The position numbers and the translations under genes are program-made. Shown here one piece after another: positions 1-13,001 of a stretch of 64,000 bases of DNA. The stretch is from Octopus sinensis. Taxonomy: Eukaryota. Location of the stretch: assembly GCF_006345805.1 (NCBI RefSeq), contig NW_021825821.1, forward strand, positions 372,001 through 436,000, read 5' to 3'. Position 1 is the first letter of the stretch, and every line of letters starts with the position of its first letter. The notes under the pieces were generated by a model. It ran no database searches. It worked only from the letters and a program-made list of their open reading frames with translations, and was not told the DNA's origin.

Positions 1-849
1 AAAGAAGAATTGGAGAAAAGATTGGAAATTGAGGCCATTAAAATAAGAGAAGAACAAAGACAGCATTCATTAAGAGTAAATTAATATTTTTGTTGACTTT
101 CAAGTTGATTGAGGAGGGGAATAGAATTGGAGCAAAGAAAAATCCGGCTCCTACACAAATTGACGAGATTGACTCCGAGGACGAAGATGATGAAATTGCT
201 TATAAATGTTGGGTTCTTAGGGAGATGAAAAGACAGAAAATGGACAAGGAGGAGGCTGAAAGGCATTAAAATGTTAAAATTTGTTTTTTTAGAATTGAAA
301 AAGAAAGATTGGAAAATGAACGATTCCACAACATGACTGAGGAGCAAAGACAAGAAGCTTTTAAAGCGCTTGGTGGCAAAAAAACAACAAATAAACAAGA
401 GCGCGGAACAATGAAATTTCTGCAAAAATATTTCCATCGAGGAGCATTTTATTTGGTTGGATTACATAACTCATTTAGTGTAGGATGAAGACGAAGATGT
501 TCTAAAACGTGACTTTAATCAGCCAACATTGGAAGACCATTTTGACAAATCAAGACTGCCTAGTGTTATGCAGGTTAGCCATTTATGAATTGCTATTTTA
601 TTATTTTTAAAAATAAAAATTAAGGTAAAAAATTTTGGTATGGCTGGGAGAACAAAATATACTCATTTGGTGGATCAGGATACGACCGTCTTCTATGATT
701 CTCCGTGGGGAGACGAATCTAAGGGTGGAGTCAGATCCGTCGGAGGAATTGGAGGAGTTCGGGATCGCCAGGTCTTTGTAAGGCCTTCTGAAAAACGGAA
801 ACAAATGACGTTTGATCGTCCTTCAGCATCTAAGAAGAAATTGAAATGA
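1..849 (+). CDS. MFAP1: Microfibrillar-associated protein 1 (spliceosomal), 5'-partial; exons 1-75, 105-262, 293-455, 484-573, 625-849
   Basis: Spliced translation gives ...AYKCWVLREMKR...[66 protein letters not shown], matching the MFAP1 C-terminus. Introns are 29, 30 (GC-AG), 28 and 51 nt. Confidence 0.95.
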
Positions 850-904
850 TTATATTTTAAATGGAAATATTTTTTCCCAAATATCCCATTGACTATTAAG
901 ATTT

Positions 905-2050
905 ATTAAAGAGAAAAATTGTTCGCATGTACTTCCAAACATTGACAAATCTTTCCAGCTAAGGCTGTTAAGTTGGGATAATTCGGCGAAAGATATTTTA
1001 TAAAGCTGTCTAAGCCCAAATTTATTTTTCAGATCTCAGTCATATTTCAAATCAATTATTTTCAATTGCAAGTTTGTTGAATGGTGATCAAAAAACAGCA
1101 AATTCCTTTTCAAGTTCACGGAAAATTTCAAAACGTGTCTCAAATTGTTGAAGCAATCCTGTTATTTTCTCTTTTCATCAACATTAGATGTAGTGGAAAT
1201 TAAACTTTTTAAACAAGTAAAATTCAAGTGTTTCCCATTGTCAATTGTGTCTTCCATAACATTAGTATCGTGGTGAAAGTATTCGAAATACTATGTAACA
1301 ACTTTATTTCGGCCTTTCAAACTTGTGTTAAGCGTGTTCAGATGTTCTGTAATATCCACCAGAAATACTAAATCTAGCAACCAATCAAGAGATTCCGAAT
1401 TCTGGTAAAGGTTTCTTTTTTTGCAAAAATGAACTGTTTGGTTTCTTTTCTTAAATCAAAAAATCTCTTCGATACCACACTTCGATTACTTCGGAATGAT
1501 ATACTAATTCCTAAGTACAACCAATATTGCTGAGAAAATTTTAAAATTGTTAGGCCTCTTGCACAAATAAAATTTATCGTGTGAGTGATCACATTCATTA
1601 CATAGTCCATTTTTAACGATTTGGTGGAGAGTACCTACTGGTGAAAAATACAGTGAAATATCTAAAAATCAAATCCTCTATTTCCACCCCGTATCTTCTC
1701 TCTGAATTGAGCCACAACGTTAGTTTTTTCCCCAATCATTGATAAAGGATCATCTGGAATCACACTAACAGCACGAGAGATTTGAATATTTTATTTACTG
1801 TAGTAATGTTCATCATATACCAAATCAAGGAATTCCAAATTCTCGTTTACACCACGAACAAATTAGCTAATTAAACCATATTTGTAGTGTCAGTACTCTA
1901 GTCAAAGAAAAGGTAATGAATGAACTGCTTTTTCGTCTTGAGTTGATTATGAAAATCAGTAGCAAAATCCTATTGCCCATAGTATTTCTTGTAAGGCTAA
2001 TGCTGAGAAAATCATGTCGATTAGTAGAACATATGCTTTTAGTAGCTTTT
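905..2050 (-). mobile_element. Heavily degraded hAT (SPIN/Charlie, GTF2IRD2-like) transposase remnant; boundaries approximate
   Basis: Broken frames contain FD*STDTTNM, IFHCIFHQ*VL and VMNVITHTINFICARGL; many stops and frameshifts. Confidence 0.7.
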
Positions 2051-2225
2051 ATAATACATGATTTAAAAAAATCATAATCCCTATAAGGTTTTGACGCCCA
2101 CGGTATTTTCCAAGAAATAACGTACCTAGGTTTGACAGCTGCCTCAATGTCTGGAAATTTGGCAAAAGAAGGTTGCTAATTCTGCAAACATGCAAGTGGT
2201 AAATCGTATTTGCGATGCCATGGAT

Positions 2226-3432
2226 CATGACAAAGCTTGTGCAACACATGAAACAATAAGAGTTATTAGTTTTATCCATTTCCCTCTATCTTGGACGACG
2301 TCCAGTAATACGTCAAGATAGTTCTCTTCCTCTAAATTTTTTCACACTTCGAAGGTATCTGTCCAGTGTAACCGGGAGAGTATTTCACGGGCGTTCGTAA
2401 AAACGAGGGCCGTCAGCTTCGAAATAGCCTTCCATAGCCATGCTTGCCGGTGCCTCCAAATCCATCCTTAGGCAGTGTCCGAATAGCCTCACCTGCATGC
2501 AGTAATTTCGAGAGGTTTGCATGACGTAATGGCATAAACTGTTTTAATGCTAGGCCTTGAATGCCATTTGGAGGCTAAAGTACGCCGAAGTTGATCTCTA
2601 TAGAACGAGTCTAGATTGAGATTGTTCGTATCAAAAAGTCCCCATGTTCCTTAGACTTTTGCTTGACAAGTTTAGTAAATTCTGTTTTCTCCACATTTAC
2701 ATCGAAAAACAACTCGACAAATTTATTTGGCATCGCCTCCAATAGGCTTTCCAGAGCATTCCTGCTCGAGAAAATAAAATCTACGTCATTTTTGTATGCC
2801 ACCACATCGATCTTTCCTTCATATTATAGTTTTAATTTTCTCAATGCAGCTTCCAGATATATAAAAAACAGCATAAAAAATGATGGATCCTCTTGAAGTG
2901 TTCCCGATGTTGTTTCAAATGACATAGAGGACTTTTCTTGTACCCTGATCGATAGATAAGTTTTTGATAAGAGTGCCCTGATCATTCTTGTGGAAGATTC
3001 GTCAATCAATTTCTGATAAAGACATCAATCAATTTCAAAAGCTCTTGACACATCGATTTCGAGAATGTTTGTCGCATTCTGACCCTTTGAATAGCGAAAC
3101 ATTCCCATATATGGCTCCAAACAATGTCAAAAGTCGATCTTCCTTCATGAAAACCGCTGTGAAAATCGGATATAAATCGTTCCGTAAGAGGCTTTATTCT
3201 TTTTAGAATAATAATTGCCAACACTTTCCATGTGCTATTCATAAGAATTACAGGTTCTTCACATTTTTTTAGCTTTGTTTGGATTTCGGACCGGGACCAG
3301 TATCTCTTGTATCAGAGACAAATGGTCGTTTGTTTTAAACATTCCGTTGAAGAAGTTCAAAATGAGTACATGTAGGTTTTCATTTCAATACTTAAGTAGG
3401 TCTGGACCTAGCCCATCTGGTAATAGACTAAA
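2226..3432 (-). mobile_element. Degraded 5'-truncated RTE-like non-LTR retrotransposon (RT + C-terminus)
   Basis: KVLAIIILKRIK..SGFHEGRSTFDIVW, FETTSG..MLFFIYLEAALR, YKNDVD (YADD-like) and RLFGHCLRMD..DRGKW motifs across shifted frames. Confidence 0.85.
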
Positions 3433-3865
3433 CAATTAAAATAATATAAATCCAAAAATATTCAACCAAAACAAAATTTATTGCACTATTAACTAATTAA
3501 AATTTTCACTTTTAATTGTTGGAGATCTCTCTCCTCCTTTTAGGAGGAAAATTTGCTATCAGTTCCTTCTTCGCCTCGCTCTCTATCTCTCCGCCAAACA
3601 AAGTTGTTATGTCTTTAATTTACGTGTCCCAACAGCATGCCAGTTTCATAAGTTGGTCGGTAGCAGAGGCATATTCTTTAGCAAATAGATTCTAGATTCT
3701 TGTATTTTTATTTGATGTTAAATAATAATTCCAGATTTTAAATACACTTTTAAACGAATTTTGTGGCCTTATCTTTAACACCCCTGGTTTAGACCATAAA
3801 TATTTTAACTAAAATTGATTTAACTGAAAGCTCTTTAAGAGCTTTAAAAACTCATTACTTACATT

Positions 3866-5200
3866 TTGAACAAAACTTTCGAAGAAAACTTCAGAATTAA
3901 CATCGGAATCGGAAAGTTAATCCCCTTACATAAAGCGGGGAAGGAAAAAGGAAGGCTAAACAGCTTAAGGCCAATCATACTACTTAAATCACTGCGTAAA
4001 ATTTTATCACTAATTGTTCTGGAGAGAATTAAAGGCCTACTACGTGGATTTATCGGACTTAGCCAAAGTGGGTTTGTCTCTGGAAGATCAATTTCCGATG
4101 CTGTTTGGAGCCATAAATGGATGTGTGTTTCGTGCCAAAATATAAAGAGGAGTACCACATAATTAGAATCGACCTATCTAAAGCATTTGACTCAATCAGT
4201 AGAGTTAAGATGATACAAATATTAACGCCACTAATCGAGGAAGATTGCATCAGAATAATTCGTTATCTACTCTCCTCCAGTCAACTATTTATTCAGCTCG
4301 GAAATCAGAAATCCTGAGTATTCGAAACAAACAAGTGCACCCCCAAGGAGACGCCCTACCCCCGGTCTTATTCATCGTATATCTAGAGGCGACCCTACGA
4401 GATGCCAGGAATAATATCCCCAGACATATTAGAGAAGTCATCTTTGGAGATGATATAGATCTCAATTAGAATGTATTATGGACAAATTGGCCAACACATT
4501 TGAAAAATCATTCCTAAAAATTAACAGAGAGAAAACAGAATACACTATAGTGAGGCGATGTGAACAACGACACGAGGAAAATGGAGGCATACAAAGAAAC
4601 TTGGACTCTCTTAGGAGATACAGAAGACTTAATATGAAGAAAATCACTAGCAACTTTCGCGCTTAAAAAATTAAACAAGTTGAGAGGTAAACAAATTTCT
4701 GCGTCTTTAAAAATCAAACTATACAATATGTTCGTAAAACCAGTCTTATTGTACAGCACCTCCTCTTGGACACTCAAAGTGCACAAAATGAAAAATCTGA
4801 ATTCCTTCTATAGAATGCAGCTGAAATACATCCTAAGAATCTTTTGGCCAAAACGAATATCAAATTTATTACAATGTACATTCGTTGGACGAAAAAATAA
4901 GAAGTAATAGATGGGGCTTATTCGGTCACATCCTAAGAATGGACAGGAAAACTCTAGCAAATCTCGCAATGGAACACCACTACGCTCCTCATCCAGGAAC
5001 GACCTTCCGAGAAAGACCACAAATTACTCTACCAACACTTCTGCATCAATACCTAACTTTGATTGGAAAAGAGTTGAAATCAGCAGATGATCTTGAGCAC
5101 CTAAGGGAACTATCGAGGAACAGAGGGACTTGGAAGCGATTAACAAAACGCATTCATTTTGCGGTGTCCTTGTTAATAATAATAAAATTGATTTTGTTTA
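3866..5200 (+). mobile_element. Degraded RTE-like non-LTR retrotransposon, same family as 2226-3432
   Basis: LRPIILLKSLRKILS, QSGFVSGRS, IDLSKAFDSI, HPQGDALPPVLFIVYLEA, FGDD and GLFGHILRMD in successive frames. Confidence 0.9.
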
Positions 5201-5844
5201 AAAATGAAATAATATTGAACAATGTTATATTAGGTGGTTGATTTTTCAGCAATTCTTTTGATTCGGATGTGATACGCAATTAAGGATGTCCTGGAACTTT
5301 TAACTAATCTCCGTGTTCCAACTTTTCCATTACGTTTCTTGTTTGACAATAATAATTCCGATTTGTCGATTTCCGGATATGGTTCTTGGAGTATTTTGTT
5401 TGGTGATTGTCTCCGAATGTTCCTCTTGGGGATAAAGTCGTGTATTAATGCTGATCTGTTACAATTTCTTTGGTCGGATAATAAATTAATTATATTGAAC
5501 TAAGATATTGGATAACAAATCGTAATTTTATACCAATATGTAATTTCTGATAATTTTTCTATTAAAAATCAATTTATCGATTTAGATGAACACACTCGGC
5601 AAAGAAATAAGAAGGACAATTAAAAGTAGAGAATTCTCCGATAGAAGAAAGCTTGGACTATATTATCAATAGTAGATTTTCAATTTTTGGAGATTGTTCC
5701 AGAAACTCTCTGAAATTTCGCACCCATTACTTTAAAAAATAATGAAAAATTCGAAAAGATTAGCAATTATGAAAAGGAGGCTTCAATTTTGAAAATCTCT
5801 TGAGCCGACTAATTTCGAATAAGAAATTAATTAGTTTACTGGGC

Positions 5845-6035
5845 GAGCGTACTATCGCGAGGGATATCCGCTCAAAGAGCCATCTTGATTCGCGGGCGTA
5901 GCCTGTGAGTGTCGACATTTGAGACCCGATCTCCTGAACGAAGCTGATTGCCTTTCCGCCCAAAGAACCAGACGTCTCAACTGCGAATGGAAGGAATTGG
6001 TACTTCTTGTCAGGTGAAGAGTGCTTTCGCATCTT
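5845..6035 (-). mobile_element. CRE-clade retrotransposon 3' fragment (REL endonuclease tail)
   Basis: FLPFAVETSGSLG..SRWLFERISLAIVR parallels the C-terminus of the 15919-18310 element. Confidence 0.75.
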
Positions 6036-6862
6036 TTTACATTTGGTGGCGATTGATCAAGGGGCGGATGCGGACATTAATTGATTGATCATTTGAATTG
6101 CGTTAATATTAAAACTATCGTCTTGAGTATATACTTTTCATATTATGGAATATTTTAAACGAATCTTTATGATTTATTTCATTCTAATGTGTTATCTCTT
6201 TAAAAATACCATGTGTTTGTTTCTCATTTACGGCATCATTGTTTTCGAAGAATTTTTTCACTTCGTCTATTTCAGTGTACGTGCAATCAAGAAAATCGAA
6301 ATTTCCGATTCTAGTCCAAGGAAATTTTCCGCAAAATAAAAGACTTTTTTCGTAGCTTCAAATTTGTGAGTAAACGGGGTTTGACTGTATGTAAAACAGA
6401 AGGTATTTAACGGGTTACATTCGGGAGTCAAAATAAAGTTTCGAGAGGTAAGTTGATATTTTTGAACGCAGCTACTGCTTATTGCTTATAAACTATCGGA
6501 AATTAAACTCTCAAAGTCATTAAAATGAAAGCCGAGAAAATTATATATCAATATGAAATGAGAACAAGCAGAAATAGTTGTCACGATTGTTTTTTACTTA
6601 ATTAATCCAAAAATTTGTAACGAAAACCCAGAAATCATATCTAAAATTCTATTTTATCAAGAAATTTTTACTATCTTTATAAAAAATAGCTATTTAATTA
6701 CCAAAACGCTATTCGTTAATAGAAATTAATATACTAGAACAAATAAAAAATAAGTAATTACACCAAAAGAATGTTACTTGAATAATAATTAAAACCTAAA
6801 TAATTTCCTTAATTAAAGAACATTCAAATAATAACATTTTTAGAAAGTAAAGAATCAGAATC

Positions 6863-7417
6863 CTACACCAACTCTTTTAATTGATACAAAATATTAGTAA
6901 AGAGTTCTCGAAGAGGTTTGTTCGGCATAAAACAATCATCCAAAAAAGTCTGATCAGTAAGTGCCTCAAAAATATGATCCAGTCTACATTTACTTCTATC
7001 GGAAAGATGTCGACCTATCAAAAGAGAAAATCCATTTTCCAAATCCCTGAACCGTTCGACCAAATATTCGTAATTATAAGTATAGTCGATAATCAAAAAA
7101 CCCGAGCACGCTTGAACAATCTTTTCAAGTACTACTCTACAATGATCCAGACAGTCGTAATCGTTATCATTCAGTTTTCCAGAACGGTCAAGTATTCCGA
7201 TCTTTATTATCAGCTTCATAATGTCTTTTATGATTGATTCAGAGAAAGATTTTGACTTTGAGAACTCCAAAAATAAAGCGACTGAAGAATCTAAAATTCC
7301 TGCCGTTTTCTCGTCGATTACGTTCTTGGTTAGTTTTAGTGAGCTGGCTAGCTTTGAAGCCATCTTCTTCTGGATTCTTATCCCCCAGGTGAATGAATCG
7401 CTGTTTTTTTCACTCAC
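6863..7417 (-). CDS. TNFAIP8: TNFAIP8/TIPE family protein, single exon, 184 aa
   Basis: IDEKTAGILD, IIKDIMKLIIKIGILDR, DYTY and RHLSDRSKCRLDHIFEALTD align by eye with the TNFAIP8 family. Confidence 0.85.
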   Translation of the reverse strand: MSEKNSDSFTWGIRIQKKMASKLASSLKLTKNVIDEKTAGILDSSVALFLEFSKSKSFSESIIKDIMKLIIKIGILDRSGKLNDNDYDCLDHCRVVLEKIVQACSGFLIIDYTYNYEYLVERFRDLENGFSLLIGRHLSDRSKCRLDHIFEALTDQTFLDDCFMPNKPLRELFTNILYQLKELV

Positions 7418-7954
7418 TAAGTATAAATAAAGTCAACAACAAAAACTTTAGAATGCCAGGAAATATGCGCATATTTTATTTTAATTACTAATGTATATTT
7501 TATATGTAATATTTAATTTTAAATATATTCTATAATTATTTATTTTTGTCAATTTTATTATAATCTTTTTTATTTTCTGAATTATAAAATTTTATTGTAA
7601 ATTGTGATTTTTTATATTAATGAAGACAATCGACGACCGTGTCTTTAAAATAAAATACCATTCATTAGTTATCTACGATTCTTATAAAAATTAACTTTAA
7701 AATTTGTGAAAATTAAAAAAACTCAAATTAGTTAAAAATTACTGAACTTTATTCTGGCTGTATAATCATTTGTCAAACTTTTACATGTTTATGGGGAACT
7801 AGAAAATTCGTGGGCTAGAATTTTTTTGGAATTGAATCAAATACCATTTTATATCGTTTCAAGGATGAATAAAATTTTAATATAAAAAAGATCAGGTTTT
7901 GGTGAACAAATTTTAGTTTACTGAATTTATATAAGAAAAAATCTTGGTTGCGGC

Positions 7955-8140
7955 AATATTGCTGGAAAGAGAAATCCCGGCCGACCGAGGACTCGGTGGC
8001 TATCAACGGTAAAAGACGTCACGGGATTTCCTTTGCAGTTGGTTCTCGAAATTACGAATGACTGCGAGGGGTCGAGAAAATTGGCTTATGAGATCTCCAA
8101 GCGTCGGACTTGACTTAATTGGATAACCTAACCTATGATT
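7955..8140 (+). mobile_element. RTE-clade LINE extreme 3' fragment
   Basis: GNIAGKRNPGRPRTRWLSTVKDVTG..SRKLAYEISKRRT* resembles BovB/RTE C-termini; followed by TAACCTAACCTA. Confidence 0.7.
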
Positions 8141-8628
8141 GACAGGTGGAATGATTATTTACATTACAACAACTGTAATATAGACTGAGTTCAGTTAGAA
8201 ATAAACATATTACTACAGCATGACTCAATTGTTATTTATTCTCTGATTCGAGCCCAAATGTCTTTATTGTATTACATTATTTTCAACAATTACATAAAAC
8301 TTTTTTAGAAAAAGTCTTCCCGACTACAAATTGAGGCACTAAGTGCGACTGAACGTATATCCTAAATTGCCCAAACTACAATAATCCATTGTTTCTTAAC
8401 AATAAAGTGAAAACCACAACTTAATTTAAAAGATGAAGGACATTTTAAAAGAAATGTATTTTCACTACAATTTTGGATGGTTATTTTAGCAACATTTTTC
8501 AATTATTTTTAATATTTTTGAATTTATTTTTATCATTTGTATAATAATTATCGAATGGCTAACCACTTAATAAGATGATGAGCGGTGACTTTTTCTGTTG
8601 TTGTTGATTTTGATCAGAGATATCTAAC

Positions 8629-9218
8629 ATGCCAAATAATGACCAAAATGGATTTAAAATTAAATTTAACGACACAATGTAAGATTTATATCAAAATTAG
8701 TAAAATAGTGATCAATTTAGCCTGCTAGTCCCTGGAAACGACAATCTTAGTGAAACTGCCGATTTGAGAATATTAGAAGCATTCGAACAACAATATGAGA
8801 AGAGATTTGGCAAAACTGAAACTGCCCCTATTAGTATTGAAAATATTGTTCAAAACGAGAATACGCAGTCTGATGCGACAACAGTATTCCCTTTAAGTGA
8901 AGTGGAAGCTCATAGTAACCTCATCTCCCTAGTATTCCCTAGCCAAGTATTCCTTCTTGTCATTGGCAGTCAGAGAAAGCAGAACAACCATGTCGTCCTG
9001 TTTTTAATCACCCAGCCATTGCTAATGATTTTGCTTGTCTTAATCAGGAGATGGATGCTTTGGCGAACTCCATAGAAAGACTCGTGTCTCTCTCTACTAA
9101 GATGGTTGACAGGATTGGGAATCTTTACGAAGATCGACTCAACCGACAATCCTCTTTAAAAGAACGTGTCCAAAGACTGGGCCAGATGTGTAGTGTGAAG
9201 GAACAGTCTAATTCATAA
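8629..9218 (+). CDS. Hypothetical multi-exon protein with a helical C-terminus
   Basis: ATG exon, a GT-AG intron (~8679-8720), then an open frame ..LRILEAFEQQYEKRF..; a second frame ..NQEMDALANSIERLVSLSTKMVDRIGNLYEDRLNRQ..NS*. The junction near 8900-8945 is unresolved. Confidence 0.4.
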
Positions 9219-10552
9219 TATATTGTTTATTAGTGCTGTTTTTTCTATCTCTGTTTGAATTTCTATATTTGCCTTGTAAAAGATTTTTATATAACATTCG
9301 AGTTATTGTTTTAACCCACGATCACGGGGTCACAGGGTTATAGCATTTTTCTTTGTTTTATTTGCTCAGAAAGGCTTTTGATTAAACAGTGTAGAACTGG
9401 CATCTGTGATATGCTTTTTCCGTTTCTCAATGAGACCGTCTAAGTAAAAGATTTGTAATTGCGAGCTTTTAGTCCTTGGGTAGGGAGATTTTGAAGATGT
9501 GTGTCTTATCACTCATAAATAAATTGAGACCTCTACATGTGGATGTTTAGAAAGCCGTGTTAATAAAGGTTTAAATGAGTTAATGGAGTGAAAATAGAGA
9601 TAGGGACTGATTGCTGTGGGATTTGTTTGGTTTGAAAATTTATCTTATGAAAAACCCTTTTCAAATTTCCGGAAGAGTAAGATAGATATGATATGTTTAT
9701 TTTTGCAGAGATGCCGGACATTAAGTTAAGGCCCAGTAGGATGCCTGACTCACTAAATCGTCCGTGGCTTGGTGTTTTTTTGCTATTTCGATTTCTGCTT
9801 AACTAATCTGCCATCCTGTTTGTTTTTAATTCAAATTTAATTTTAGTTACAGATAATCAGCATCGCCCTGTAAATAAAAATCGATTTCCCGGTGTTATAA
9901 TTGATGCCTGACATTATAGCATGTCGATGTTACAAGGAAATGAATTAATTTTGTTTTTTAGGTCGATAAATCAAATCTTTCAAATCTCTGAAGACTTTAA
10001 GGGCCAACAAAAATAGAATTCAATCTTGAATTTTTTTGTCGTGGTCAATTACAGTTCTCGTTGATTCAATTGGGAAATAAAATCATAATTACTTGTCAAT
10101 GTTTGAATGAATAACGTTTTTATTAATGATTAAAAATAACGTTACAATATATTTATTTTATTTTAATATTGTCGGAACATATTATATTTTGTGTTAGACT
10201 CGGAAAGCAATTATTGCATTCTATATTATACAAATAAATTATTAATACCATAGGCTTCTTGTGTTTGAATTTGAACATTCTCTATTACGATTTTATCAGG
10301 GTGACTGATATTGGTATTAAAATATAATACTTGTTATAAATGTCTATCGGGTAAGCTGCACGTTTTGACTTGATCCTTTTATTGATTATTAAAAACTTAC
10401 AAAATTGGTTGTGACTCCCAATATAAAGCACATGCTTTCATAACATATAATCTGAAAATAAAATTCACTTAAACTTACAACACAGTGTTATGTTGAGAAC
10501 CAAAATTAAATATGATAACTGTAAAATTAAATGGCATTACTCTAGATGTATA

Positions 10553-12087
10553 CAGTCTGTACCAAAACATTATAATACTCGTAAATTTAGTTAAAATATA
10601 ACTCTATTTTCACAAATATCCATTTTTATGACTTAATTTTTTACATTTAAATTCAAATTTACTTTCTTTAACTATTTAAAAAATTATTTGATTTTACGAG
10701 ATCACTGGTTGGGTGATACAAATTGTCATGTACCATAACATTATAATAATTTTTGTCATGTACCATAACATTATAATAATTTTTGTATTTTTCATACAAA
10801 AACAAATTTATTTTAAATTTTACACGTTATTATTTAATTGACATGGGACGAAAAAGCGACTTGTCATTTGATACCAAAAAAATTATTTTAAATCTCCATA
10901 CTTTTGGACTTAGTCAAAACAAAATCGCGGAAATCACAAATTGCTCACAAGGATCAGTTTCCAACGTGTTGCGAAAGCAGAATAACGAGAAAAACAATCG
11001 TGTCGGAAAGGGAAGGCCGAAATTAACGTCTTCACGAGAAGAAAGAGTTATTCAAAGAGTTTTGATGGAAAATAGATTCATCTCTATTAAGGAAATTTCC
11101 GAAAAACTTATTCCTCACGGAATTAATTTGAGCCGAATGACAATAAGCAGACGTCTAAACCAATTGGGATTTTTTTCCAGAACCCCTGTTTGCAAGCCCT
11201 TCCTAACATTAAAACAACAGAAGCAAAGATTAGCTTGGGCTAAAGGGAAAATAAACTGGACTATAGAACAGTGGTCCAAAGTTATTTTTTCTGACGAATC
11301 TAAGTTTCTGCTGTCAATTGGTGAAAAAGGTGCGTATGTTTGGCGTAAAAGAAATGAAACAATTCATCCTTCATGCATAAATCAAAAGCTTCATTACAGA
11401 AAAGGAGCTATGGTGTGGGGAGCGATGAGTTTTAATGGGTTGAGCCCGCTTTCAATTATTGATTCAACCGTAAATGGATTAGTATACAGAGAAATATTAG
11501 AAAAAAAAATTAATTTCAACGGGTCAAAAGTTATATGATGGATGTAATTACATTTTTCAACAGGACAATGCTCCTGCACACACTGCAAAAGATACGATTG
11601 AGTGGATTCAAAACCAAAAAATTAATCTTATGAAATGGCCTCCTAATTCTCCTGATCTCAATCCAATCGAAAATCTTTGGGAAATAATGAAACGCAAAGT
11701 TATGGCTCTTGGAATAAAAACGATAGAGGATCTGAAAAATGAACTGAAAATCATATGGAATGAAATTAAAATTGAAGAAATAAAAGTTTTAATTGAATCA
11801 ATGCCAAAAAGAGTAGATGCTGTACTAAAATCTCGAGGGAAAAAACATCAAATACTAGAAAATATTATAATCTTTTGTTACATGACAAAAATTATTATAA
11901 TGTTTTGGTACATGACAATATATTTTTAGCATGTAATATATTTTTAAGAATTAATTTATTTAAAAATAGTTAGATAAGTCAATTTAGAAATACATGCTAA
12001 AAATTAACACTTAAAAATTGATATAAGTAGAGATACAAATGATTTATTGATAAATTTGCCAATATTATAATGTTTTGGTACAGACTG
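10553..12087 (+). mobile_element. Tc1-family DD34E transposon, 1535 bp, TA target duplication; transposase ~10843-11858 with two poly-A frameshifts
   Basis: Termini CAGTCTGTACCAAAACATTATAATA and its reverse complement, flanked by TA. Motifs GRPK, WSKVIFSDESKF, VWG, QQDNAPAH and WPPNSPDLNPIE; 34 residues between D and E by count. Confidence 0.95.
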
Positions 12088-12623
12088 TATATAAACGAAT
12101 AAAATATACATAGATGCCAACGATGGGTTTTCAGAAAAAGCATCAATATTTATATAGTCAAGATTAGGACAATAGAAAAGTACTCTATAAATTGTATAAA
12201 TAGACAAACATTGAAAATAACCGTAATAATCCTCTGAAGGTCTCGTTGGTTATCGCGTTCAAAGAATGACCTCTGCAATAACTATTTATATTAGATTTAG
12301 AAGAAATACAAAGTTTTTAATTCAATAAGGTTAGTAAAGATTGGCTCATAGAAGAATGTTACATTTTCCAAAACAGAAAGTTTATTGACGTTTGAATATA
12401 CAGTTGAATTATTATATTCACATTCACTCAAAAATCTTAAATTATTAGTTAATAATCATACATTTCACTGTTCAATGCCAAATTGCAGTCATTTCCAAAT
12501 ACTAAATCAAAGAGGATGACGAAAATCAACATTAATAATTAATTAAATATAAGTCAAAATTTTAGGTCAGTATTTCCTTGCAGTCAAAATTTTAGGTCAG
12601 TTTTTCAAGACGGAGTGACGGAC

Positions 12624-12800
12624 GGGTGGTGCAGTGCTTGAAGAATTTGGCAGTTTAGCGAAGCTCTGGGTTCGAATCTCACTGCTATCATTCCGGCTGA
12701 AGGTTCCATGCATTACATGCACCCAGGATTGACGAGTGACGCCGTCATCAGTGATTTCACTGCGGAACCGGATGTCTACATCAGCCACAGCACGAGAGAA
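12624..12800 (+). mobile_element. Candidate tRNA-derived SINE; 3' end uncertain
   Basis: A-box-like TGGTGCAGTGC and B-box GGTTCGAATC ~40 nt apart; no acceptor-stem pairing; GC-rich body. Confidence 0.45.
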
Positions 12801-13001
12801 AAATAGATGCGGGGAGACAGCTCGTTTGGATTCGTTCGTTTGGATTAGTTAGTTCCTAATAACATGTTCTCTCTTCCTATCTTGATCTTATGTGCTGGCC
12901 AGTGCGAGATTTCACATTAAGTTGCGATCTTGCGGACGTGCCTCTATTATAAGTCAAAATTTGTTAAAAAATGTTTTTCCTATAAAATAAATGTGCTAAG
13001 A

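Noticed and set aside
6369-6390. pogo/Tigger-like terminus (reverse complement TACAGTCAAACCCCGTTTACTC)
   Set aside because: Only one end was found, with no recognisable transposase.
8126-8140. Telomere or telomere-addition site
   Set aside because: Only about two TAACC units at an internal position.
12624-12695. Functional tRNA gene
   Set aside because: A- and B-box-like motifs are present, but no acceptor stem or convincing anticodon arm could be folded.
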